The notes beneath the pieces were generated by a model. That model worked only from the letters and a program-made list of their open reading frames with translations, was not told where the DNA came from and made no database searches. Below, piece by piece: positions 52,117-63,129 of a stretch of DNA of 64,000 bases. Both the position numbers and the translations under genes were made by a program. The first letter of the stretch is position 1; each line of letters begins with the position of its first letter. This DNA is from Octopus sinensis (lineage: Eukaryota). The stretch lies in the NCBI RefSeq assembly GCF_006345805.1, contig NW_021832004.1:1-64000 (forward strand), written 5' to 3'.

Positions 52117-53099
52117 CAGACTAAATACGGCTACGCATTTCGCCCGGCGTGCTAACGTTTCTGCCAGCTCGCTGCCATTCTGACGCCCAGTACCTCAACG
52201 ATTTATCTTCTGAACAGCACAAAGAACAGTACCAACACCACTAACTGCACCGGCACCACCATTAACACTGAAAAAGAAAAAAGTCAAGAAAACACCGCTG
52301 TGAACAAGAAAAACAACGAAGAAAATACAAACACAAACGCAAATGACAGATCCAATAGACACGGTTTCGCTTCTGCAGCGAAACAAACAAGAGAAACGAT
52401 AAACGTCACATTAGAGGATTTAAAAAATTTCAAGGGGCTCTTAGTGAGACAAGGTAATAATGTCTCTCTAATACCCCGAAAGAAATTGTTCTGGACACAA
52501 ACAGAAGAAGCATTACGTACAAATGTATAAACAAACAAAAAAAGTCATTGGAACGAGCAACACAAGAATAACTGGAACTAATTCTGAAACCAATTTGGAA
52601 GAAGAAAACATAAGTGACACGTGGAAAATGGTTCGGTACTGTGGAAGTGCGCTACGCAAAGGAAGAAGCAAGAAAACATTCCACAGTGCCACTATTTTCA
52701 GAGACCTTATCGTCGTGCCGACATGTCTTGGTCGGCATGTTAACAAAATTAATATCGGCCGGGGGGGGGAGTACCCCTGAATTAAACATATGTTGGCTGA
52801 TGGCCGCTGTCTTCTATGATATAGAGGATACGGCCGCGATCCTGGAGGTGTATAAGTTGCACCGACAAAATTGGACGGGTCAGGAGTTGGAACGCTTGTC
52901 CAAATGGAACAAGAGGACCTCAAGTCTATCCCTGACTCCTTAAACTCACCGAAGAGCACGAGACTACGCGTAGCTGTGGAGGGCAGGAGGCCGAGGTGCT
53001 ACTTTCGTGGAAACAATCAGCACCTTAACATCGACTGCCAAAATACAAGGAGATGCGTCGAACGCTACAACCGACACCAGAAAAAGGGACATCTCCTAA

Positions 53100-53130
<31 letters not shown>

Positions 53131-56100
53131 CGGAGTACCCCCCCCCACCCCCGCCACCGGCCGGGGTACCACTACCCCGTCGCAGCAGTAACACCACCAC
53201 CACAACTACTGTAGCAGTAGCAGCAGTAACAAATGAACACCAACAAAACCAAAAGTCGGAGTCATCCTCCTCCCGACCAAAACAACTCGGACTGTTCGAG
53301 TAACGAAGTCGAGAGGGGGGGGGGTGGCAAACAGTTTCCCCCCCCACCAAAGAGAAAAAAAGAAAAATCTACTGAGACAGTAGAAGAAAAAGTGGGGAGG
53401 CGCTAGTAGACACTGAACGTCCCAACAGCGGCAACACCACACTCAACAGCCATAACAAACAACACACCTCCACCAGCACTATCACCTCAAACACAAACTC
53501 CACCACAGATTCTACTAGCACCACAAACTTCACAGCTATTGATACAGGCAATAATAGATTTAATTACATACTCAAGAGACAATACAAACACCACCATGAC
53601 AGAACTCACCACCACCACCACCACCACCACCACGCATACAAATATTAAAAACCACACAACAAATTTACAAACCATAAAAGCAACATTTCCAGATGCTGTG
53701 GGGTGGCTCCAAAAGACTTTTACAAAAAGAATATATAAAAACCTAGGGAAACATCCACATGAAGTGTACCATCATACCAGAGGACAGTGGTAAGAGGTGC
53801 TCTTCTCCATTCTATAGTTATTTTAACTTGGTGATGCTAAGAATAGTTTTATAGAGGCCAGGGGCCTCGGGTCACCTTGGAAACAACGTCAGCTTTTAAA
53901 TGACCTGAGGTCACTTACTGTAAATGTTGCAGTCATTAGTGAATCCAGATATCCGACCCACGGAGATTTTTCTTTCTCCGTGTCGGCCTGGGTGGTGTAA
54001 TAGTAAAACTGTGGTGCTTTTCTGGAAGGGTCCGGATTTGAATATAAGGGCAGTCTTCCTGGATCAGAAGGTAAGTTGGTGGTCCTAGATGTCAACAGCA
54101 GTGACGGCTGGGCTTTCAAACTGGTGGCTGACAGGGGCAGGGTGGTCTGATTACTTCAAGCGTCTGGAGTACGTCTCGAACATTCGTACTAGTAGGGGAT
54201 TAGAACGCTGTCTTAGATGGATGTTTCGATTGCGTGGGAGTTTCTTATAAGAGATGTGGGGTGCAAAAACCTCAAAAATCTACTCAGACGTTTTTCCATT
54301 GTCTGCCGGGTACCGACTAGATTATCCGAATGTCCCAATGTGGACTTGAACAACCGCATCTGGTTATCTAGATCGTATCTAGATAGAGTATTGTGTAAGC
54401 CAGCGGACAGGATATCATCGGGTGTTCATAATTTCACATGGTCAACTACACAGACCACAAATTTGTGATCTGTACAGTCGACTTGGATAGGCTTCATAGA
54501 CATGGTCCCGGTTACTGGAAGCCGAAGGTGACGTGTCAAGCTTACAGTGACCGGATTAGCGAATTAGTTAAGCGGACGTTGTCGGGGGCAATCGTCAACA
54601 ACTGTTGGTTTGCTTTTAAAAGAGCAAATTAGAGAAGAAGAATTAATTAGGTTTAGCAAGGCGTTGACGATAGGACGAATAGAATAGAGGGAGATGCATC
54701 GGAACTGACGTGTTGGCGGTGAGGTTGACCCATGACCAATATTTCGACACCAAACACGAAAGCCGCGGAGAGGGAATGATAGCGTAATGATAGGCCCGCG
54801 TGACGGAGGTGAAAAGTGACAATAAAGGCACCATTCGGTCTTTGGTGGACCAGGAAGGACACATGGTGTTCGAACCGAAAGAGACGGGCCATTAAATTGC
54901 ATTGCTCGGAATCTAGTTTGGTCCAGACCTTCAGGCGCAGAAAAAACTGGGACGAGGTGACGAGGAAGGTAGCCAGCCTTACACAGACATGGGCCTATAG
55001 GGAGCTGCTTCAGAGCGGTCGAGGCGAGGAGGCGAATGTGTACATCGCATCTGTCATCGATTACCACTTGACCGTCGTCCCTTGCCCCGTTTGCTGGTTG
55101 ACCAACCTGGTGCGTTTACTCTTCCCTTTTCTGTGGAAGGGGCGCGTTCCACTGGTCAGGCGCTCCATCAACTGTCAACAGTCGCTGAATGAAGGGCTGG
55201 GCATGCCGTGGTTACTAATTCGCAGACATTCATTAAGTTTGCGGCATCTCTAGCGTTTCCTTGGCGGTGAGCAGGTGTGGTCACTGTTTGTCAGATACAT
55301 TTTTCCACAGACCGTCCCTTTGACTGAGCTGCAAACCTGGATTAAGCGTAGACCGAAGAGGGAGTGCTTGTCACAGCCCTCCGCCAGGCGAACAATGAAG
55401 TCGGTGTAGTTTCACTCTAGCGTTCTATAGAGGGCTAGTGGAAGGATATCGCGACGACGTTCTCAAGGAAACTCTAGGCATCGATGAAGATCAACGAAAT
55501 GGTCTGTTTCGGAGAACTTTCTGGCCTAGGCCTATGAATAAGTTCGAGAAGTCCCTTGCCTGACAGTGCCACCGAGGGGCGCTGACTGTTTGAGATAAAC
55601 TTTACAGGTACGGAAGTGCCGTCAGCCAGGCCTGCTCGAGGTGTGCCCAGAATGAGGAAACCGTTCTACACGCCCTTGTTCAGTGACCGAATATTGCTGA
55701 CCTCTGTGGGTTTATGTCGAACACCTGCTGTCACGTGTTGGACGGATCCGCTATCAGCTGAATCCATAGTGAGGATTACCCTACCGTCCTCCTTTGGCTG
55801 GGAGGAGCAGGCAATTTTTATTTGTTTAGTGGCTGTAGCGAAATCGGTAGTATGGTGGACTCGTCTGAAAGGGCTAAAGTCAGAGACCTTCCTCTTTGGC
55901 CAAGCCCTTACCAACTTTTTCAAGTTTCATTTGAAATGGAATTTGGGGGTGGAGAGGGAAGTGTTGCCTTGTAGTAATTGTGTTGAAAGGAGGGTGAATG
56001 TTGGAAGAATGTCCAGTGCAAAAAGACCAATTCTTTGCGCGCACCTGTAAACAATAAAAGGGATTTAAAGAAGGCCTCTTGCTCTGTTGATCAGGCACCC

Positions 56101-56289
56101 GTGGCCTTTGTGGGGTTTTCCACGAGGATCTTAAGCGCCTCCCCTATTAGGTGTTTTTTTATTTGTTTGATTTACTTGCTATATATATTGTTTACACGCC
56201 GTAAAACCCATTGTATCTTCCCGTTTTTGTCTGTTATGTTGTTGCATGTCATTCAATGTTATTTTATGTGAGTGATCATGGCTAATAAA

Positions 56290-56334
56290 ATAATTTATTA
56301 CTATTATTATTATCATTATTATTATTGTTATTGC

Positions 56335-56389
<55 letters not shown>

Positions 56390-56400
56390 TATTATTATTA
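56290..56400. repeat. (ATT)n microsatellite
   Basis: Seen directly in the sequence. Confidence 0.97.
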
Positions 56401-56582
56401 TCCTCACTTTTATCATCACAATATTATCACAATATTGATATTTATTAAAGAGTAGAAAATAATCTATTAATTATTTCTCATTATTCAAAAATAATAACAC
56501 TATACAACGTGAAACAGTTCCACCACCATTACGAAAAACAACAAAAGACAACAGTGATTTATTTATTTTCTTCTTCTTACAG

Positions 56583-56812
56583 GAAGATGTCCTTTAGATT
56601 TTATTGAAAAGCTGCTATACCTTCTCACAATGATTTGGGTGACTTTAAAGACTTCAGTTACACGCAATGTCTGCTTCATTGCGAAGCAAAAGCAAAATGC
56701 CAATCGTTTGACTATCACTATAATGACAAAAAATGCCACTTGTCATCTAAAGATCATAGAACTGTTGAATTGTATTTTTACAAAAATTACATTTACACCG
56801 AAATAAACAGAG
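56583..56812 (+). pseudogene. PAN/Apple exon A, right copy, 1-nt deletion in an A-run (230 nt)
   Basis: Splice sites are intact. 'attgaaaagct' has one base fewer than left 'attgacaaagcc'. The downstream frame reads DLGDFKDFSYTQCLLHCEAKAKCQSFDYHYNDKKCHLSSKDHRTVELYFYKNYIYTEINR. This could be a homopolymer error. Confidence 0.75.
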
Positions 56813-57001
56813 GTAAGGGCGTCATTTTCTTGTTTTTATTTATTTATTTTGTTGGAATTATACACAGTCAGTTGGACAAGACTAAGGCACCACCTTCAAA
56901 AATGTGTTAGTCTGTTATATTGAGGTTGGGTCTTTGATTTACTTGGCTCTATCGATTGGCTAAGTCCAATGTCATATAAAGGTACGGACTCAATACCAAA
57001 T

Positions 57002-57046
57002 TAGATAGATAGATAGAAAGATAGATAGATAGATAGACAGATCGAT

Positions 57047-57078
<32 letters not shown>

Positions 57079-57200
57079 CAGATACATACATACATACATA
57101 CATACATACATACATACATACATACATTCATACATACATACATACTCGCATACATATATAGATGCACGCATACATGCATACTTACATGCACGCACACACT
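57002..57200. repeat. (TAGA)n/(TACA)n microsatellite
   Basis: Seen directly in the sequence. Confidence 0.95.
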
Positions 57201-57204
57201 CATA

Positions 57205-57860
57205 CGTCAAGATAACTACTAAATAATCGATGAACAAAAGGGACAAAGATAGCATCAAACCTCCATGCTGTGATGGAAAATGTTGGCTCAGCTATACCAG
57301 TGTGGAAGATGTCACCCACATCATCAGTAGTTGTGACAAAATGCCTACGAGATTCTACCTGCCCCTGAGGCATGATATAGTTGCAAAGACTATTTACGAT
57401 GCTACCCATAGGAAGGACTGCTCGGACGTATACATCGAAGCCATGTTAGAACCAGCAAGTAATCAGACATTTTGAAAGCAAGGAATACTGTTGGAACTCC
57501 CCGCAAAAACGAACGTCAATTCGGTACAAATATAGCAGACCTGATATTGTTCTGTGTTACAGGGGAAAAATGTCATGCATTGTTGTAGGGGTCAGCTGCC
57601 CAGAGGATGTGAATGTACAATCAAAAGTCTTAGGAAAATAGAACATTTATGGCAAACTTACAGTCCTTGTACCCTGACCATAAAGTCTCGTTTGCACCTT
57701 TCATCAGAAGTGCATTAGATTATGTAGCAACAATTTTGTACATTTGCAGAAAAACCTATAAATACTCGGTTTCACAGAGAAAGAGCAAAAGAAAAAACTG
57801 ACGCGGATTATCCAAATCCAATGTTTTAGTGGCACAGTGAAGGTTTGTAAAACATTGCCA
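57205..57860 (+). mobile_element. Decayed RLE-type LINE C-terminus (CCHC plus PD-(D/E)xK)
   Basis: Motifs CWL...EDVTHIISSC..M...YLPLRHDIVAKTIY and RPDIVL...SCPEDVNV. Confidence 0.7.
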
Positions 57861-58399
57861 AACTATTCCATCTGTGATTCTTATGTGAATAGATGCACAC
57901 GATTGAGTGTATGCATCGACAGTCCCACGATCTCAACCACACATTTGCAATCACCGGGAACTCACTCATCTCAAAACCCTTGTCGCTTTCTTATCGACTG
58001 TATGATTATTGCATTCAGATGGCGGGAATTTCTCCAAATCGCTTCTTGCGTTGAAAGACAATTTGAAACAGCGAAGTGTGTACAGACACAAAAGTATACT
58101 TCAAACTGCTGACAGACCAATTCTTTCAATAGAACCTGTCTTGAAGTCCAAGAACCAAGTCAGATGTTGTGCCTGGGGAGATGGTATTACTTTTACGACC
58201 CTGTCTCTTTGAATTATTATCAAAACCCAGCAGCAACCGGGGTTCATTATTGAGGAGTGGTGGAGTGAAACTATCTTGTACCAGACTTTCCTAGAGAAAG
58301 GGAATTCATCACCTTTAAGGGACTGCATGAATCCCTCAACAGTGATGATGTTGACTGCAAAGGAAGTCATTTGGAAAGCAATGTTACATTTACTGATGT

Positions 58400-58830
58400 A
58401 AACAATTTTCAGTGTCGATGATGCCTGCCTTTGTGTTTCATTTTGTTTTTTTTGTATATTCCACCCTAGGTTGTTTTTCCCTGCTTCGATACAGTCCTGG
58501 CAACTGGCAATTGATCAAGCCACTCCCATCCTTTCTTCTGGACAAGTGTCAGTCTTAGTATGGAAAGCTCCGTGCACTGTCAAAAATGTTTCTGGTCTTG
58601 GTATTCTTCATTTCTCTCTTTTGCCATTTTATAATTCCCACTCCATACCGAAGTGATGCTATCGCCCACGTATCGACTGCTTGGATTTTATTCTATCCAG
58701 TCAATTTTTAGCGCAACACCAAACTCAGTAGTCAGACATACTAGGGCCCTAGTCTGTCCATGAAGATAGCTTCCTCATAGACAGACTAGAACCCCAAATT
58801 AACAACATGCTGCATATTTTCAGCCAGCAT
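58400..58830 (-). mobile_element. Decayed R4/Dong-like RT C-terminal region
   Basis: The reverse strand reads DTWAIASLRYGVGIIKW...KTR..LTVHGAFH.KTD...RRKDGSGL. Confidence 0.55.
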
Positions 58831-60256
58831 ATAATTCAGCTACATCTGGATGTGTGTAAGTTCATTTCTGGTAACATGCTCAGGTATTATAAAAAATACT
58901 GCACGTACAATAATACATGACTTAGAAGCAGCGCTGCGGATATGCCAACACACCGGAACTCGAGACAGGGCCACCCTCACGCACTTCTCATGAAGAATTC
59001 CAGCAGGGCTTCGTAAGACCACTGCAGAGACGCTTCCGAAAAATAAATTCAGTAAGCGTTGGGGGAAAACCGTTGATAGCAGTAACTCGATCAATTCCTA
59101 GCAATATCTGTAGAAGGAATTTTTATATTCCGAAATATTACTATATCAGACTATGAGTAATTAATTTATAACAGTTATGATAGTCCACTCTGCATTGTTC
59201 TGCCATTGAAGACACGTTATATTTCGCACTGTATATATTTGCAGGCCACTAAAATAGTCACACCAGATTGTTCGGTTATAAAATTATGTGACGGAAAAAA
59301 GGAGAAGAAAAACAGAGAAAAAGAAAAAGATGTAAAATATAATAAAAAACCCAAAGAAAATAAGGGGCAAAAACAGGAAAGAAAATTCACAGCGACTTTG
59401 CTCTTCTCAATACGTGTGACATGTCGGTTAATACAATCTGTTGATTTCCAACATGAATGGTAATCTAGGGATCATTCTTAAAAAATCTTCAGTTCAAGTG
59501 ATCCTATAACCACTGGTATTGTAACCGTCTTGAGATGCCATCTTTGCTCCTACTACTGTGTGGTATTATCATATGTTGTTTAGTTTCCACTTTTGTCTTG
59601 TACATAATATCATCATAAATATGTGAGGGCTGGAGGTGATAGTAGGAGAAAGAGGAGTAGCTTGCAGGTGGGGTGGATATTTTTAAATTTTCCTTTGCTT
59701 TCTTTAGGTTTTTCTGTGTTTTATAGTTTTCGTAATTGTGCAGTTTGTATACATTGGCAGGTGCTTATCTCCTTAATTTTTTTCATTCGTTTAATTTGTT
59801 GCTATAAAAGGTACGTTTACATAATTGAGTAGTCAGGGTGAAAAGAAGAGTAAAATTTTCATAAAAAATTGTAGATATTAAAGTTTTAAATTTTCTCAAG
59901 ATGACCGTTTGTATGTCCGGCCAGAGAAAACTGTAGCGTTCTTGCAATAAAAGGGGGTTGTTTATTTTTGAATATTCAGGGAGGAAGGAGAGAGATAGTA
60001 TTCACAGAAGTTGTAAATATTTTTAATGATTTTTAAAGATTTTAAAGATGATCGTCTGTGTGTTCGCCCAGAGAAAATTAAAGATATGTAAGTTTCTAGC
60101 CTTATGGGGTGGTGGTGAGATTTTAAAATACTCACAGGAGATTGTAGATGTTCCAATTACCAAAAGTTATATTTCAGTTGTTCTGCCGGGTGTGTTAGTG
60201 TTTCTGTGTCTTCGGCTACTGACTGGTCAGTGTAGTTGCTGTCAAGGCTAGCGTTC

Positions 60257-60257
<1 letters not shown>

Positions 60258-60302
<45 letters not shown>

Positions 60303-60352
60303 TATTATTTTTATTATTATCACCATTATTATTATTGTTATCATTATTATTG
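60258..60352. repeat. (TTA)n microsatellite
   Basis: Seen directly in the sequence. Confidence 0.95.
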
Positions 60353-60369
60353 ATTTTGGTATTTTAGAA

Positions 60370-60460
60370 GGATTGACGAACCTCATCACAAAGGTAAATA
60401 GACAATACGAAAAGCATTTCGTCTGGCGTGCTAACGATTCGGCCAGTCCGCCGCTTTAGC
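60370..60460 (-). mobile_element. SINE head fragment
   Basis: Reads 'gcatttcgtctggcgtgctaacgattcggccagtccgccgc'. Confidence 0.6.
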
Positions 60461-62174
60461 ATTGCAGACAACATATTAAAATTAATTCCGATCTATTCTA
60501 CACGCTTCCCTGAACTGTTCCAGAAAAAATCATTTTTTCCAACTCCAATGCGGACTAATTATATTGTAAGACATATACCCCGGACTCCTTAACAAGAATC
60601 GAAACCTCGGTCTTCACGCTTGTTATATTGTTTCCTTGCCATTTGTGTTAGAATCCATTCGTTTTACCTATTTAATTCGCCACCATTTTAGATGAGACAG
60701 AGTGTAATCTTGTTAATCCATTCCGATCTATTGTCAATGGTCTGACTTGACTTTAGCACTGCAATAAATTCGAGATACCAAGAGAAAAATGTTCTCTTTC
60801 CTTTGCAACTTCCAAACAGTTAACTATGGCACCTTCTCGCGAGCTTTGCCCCATTTACCCACCTCAAGTTAGGGTTCACTATTAACAACTGCCATGGTAA
60901 TAGATTATCCATAAAAACTAACTAAATTTTGTGTTTACTTCCCATTCGTCGCACTTGCAGAACCGCGTAAGTAAAATCTACAGTAAGTGTGAAATACCTT
61001 TCAGCAGTTCTTTGCAGTGCATCCAGAAATATTATCTACGCATTGCACAGTCTTTCGCCAACTTGTCACATCTCTACGTGTTACAAACAACTTGCTACAT
61101 CGTGCCTGTTACGCTTTTCCCGTTACAATTATACCGTTATACATATAAAGACATGTTTGAAGTACATTTCGAACGTAGCTAGGATCTTTATAAACGTATG
61201 TCCCTTCATATCTGAGGCCTTGTGTTATTACTAGAAATAACTGATAGTAAATAAAACTCAACATATATTAAAGAAGTAATGACTTCTTATATAAAATTAT
61301 CTTATATATAAATAGGTAACTCGATTGTATTAAGGAGATTAGGATTTCTTTATTAATATTAAAGAAACCACGAAAGATATTAAGACCATCAGAAGAATAA
61401 GAAACTATTTTATTCCATTTCAGAACTTTGGAACGATTTCAAACAGTCAAATACACTGGACAAGATTAACTCTGTGGGATGTGGTATATATTTTTCGACT
61501 CTAATTATTTCGTTGACAGTAAGACCCTATTTTTGTTTATTTTTTGTGTTTTTCGTTTCTGTTTCTGGTTTCTCATCTTTAATTCATTGATCTCTAGTTT
61601 TGCCACAAAAAATTAAAAAATAAATAAATATCTCTTTCTTCTACATCACATGAGTATTTCTACTTAGAAACTTAATTCTTAATTAAATATATTAACAGTA
61701 AAATTATTATATCCATCCAAAAGAATGTTGTAAAACAACCCACAAATACATTTAAAATCTGGCAAATGGATTAATATTAATCTCCGTTGTCATTAAAATT
61801 CTCAACACGCTTCCTTACTAATCTGCAAGAAATACCTCAATACATCTCGCCGGTAATACGAGAACCACTCCCTCCGAGACACCCAACAACATTCTCATTC
61901 TCATTCTCCCGTCATACATGCTATTTCACCAGCCAGATCCCACATCAATTATTATCCCCAGTCCTTCCTTTCTAGATTATACAACACTCACGAACTCACT
62001 CCCTACTCACACTAACCTAAAGATGTCCAAACGGAACATGAATAAAATCGATCTATCGAATCAATAGGCCACATCTATTCGTTTCCCTTGTACTTTGTCA
62101 GACTAGAGCAATAATTTAATTTATGCTCTTATATTTATTGTGTTTCCTCTTTCCAATTTTTCTTTCTCTTGCAG

Positions 62175-62365
62175 AAAAAGAAACTAATGATTTGACAGCT
62201 TATTCAACATTTTCCTTCAAACAAAATCCAAATCTCTACCTTATAACCGAGGCCCAAATGGATGCTCACTCGGTTCTGGATTGTTCCCGTTTATGTATGA
62301 TATCTTCTACATGTACTGCCTTTTCATATACTAACACTAAGTGCCTACTAAAGAAACTGATCTGA
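62175..62365 (+). CDS. PAN/Apple terminal exon C1 (phase-1 acceptor to TGA)
   Basis: Acceptor ttctcttgcag|aa. Translates KETNDLTAYSTFSFKQNPNLYLITEAQMDAHSVLDCSRLCMISSTCTAFSYTNTKCLLKKLI*. AATAAA at 62,811. Confidence 0.75.
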
Positions 62366-62938
62366 ACTTTAATTGAATTCACCCAAAAAGTACTTACTTC
62401 TCCATGAAATGTGAGCAAGACTTCAACAGATCAGGTTTGCTAACCTATTTTGCTTATTTTTTTGTGTGCTTTTTTCTTTTTATTGTATCTCATATTTAAT
62501 TTATTGATCTTCTGTCTCCAGTTCTTGTCGAAAAAATAAGAGAAATTAATGTCGCTTTCTTCTTCATCGCATTATGTCTTCTAATTAGAGTCCTAATTCT
62601 TAGTTAAATATATTAGCAGTAAATTTATAATTCCTCTCCCCGAGATAGCCAGCCACATGCCCCTTCTCCTTCTCCCGTCATACATGCTATTACACCAACC
62701 AGATCACATCCCGCATCAATTATTATCCCCAATCCTTCCTTTCTAGATTATACAACACTCAGAAACTCACTCCCTACTCTCACTACTCTAAAGATGTCCA
62801 ACGGAACATTAATAAAATCGATCTATCGAATCAATAGTCCATATCCATTCGTTTCCCTTGTACCCTCCAATGAAGAGCAATAATTTCATTTATGTTGTTA
62901 TATTTCTTGTGTTTTCTCTTGCTTTTTTTCTATTGCAG

Positions 62939-63129
62939 AAAAAGAAAATAATGATTTGACAACTTATTCAACTTTTTCCTTCAAAACAAATCCATATCAC
63001 AACCTTATTACCAAGGCCCAAATGCATGCTCACTCGGTTCTGGATTGTTCCCGTTTATGTTTGATATCTTCTACATGTACCGCCTTTTCATATACTAACA
63101 CTAAGTGCCTACTAAAGAAACTGATCTGA
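62939..63129 (+). CDS. PAN/Apple terminal exon C2 (tandem duplicate of C1, intact)
   Basis: Acceptor ttctattgcag|aa. Translates KENNDLTTYSTFSFKTNPYHNLITKAQMHAHSVLDCSRLCLISSTCTAFSYTNTKCLLKKLI*. AATAAA at 63,241. Missed by the ORF track because it has no in-frame ATG upstream. Confidence 0.75.

Larger units (their letters stand above)
45925..56290 (+). mobile_element. Tx1-A, right copy, interrupted by the SINE array and Tx1-B
   Basis: Same fragments on the plus strand (52,195-56,050). Ends 'ggctaataaaataa' followed by (TTA)n. Confidence 0.85.
40425..57075 (+). repeat. Right arm of large inverted segmental duplication
   Basis: Begins near 'tatacgtaatactttcactaaag', the reverse complement of the left-arm end. 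It is longer than the left arm mainly because of the 5.1-kb Tx1-B insertion. Confidence 0.93.

Noticed and set aside
59855-60085. Degenerate ~145-bp direct repeat
   Set aside because: Two diverged AT-rich units with no coding or structural signal.
62123-62174. MLLYLLCFLFPIFLSLA as a signal peptide of a single-exon PAN gene
   Set aside because: It coincides with the polypyrimidine tract and AG acceptor. In the C2 duplicate the same ATG is out of frame and stops early, while the acceptor is conserved. Not fully excluded.
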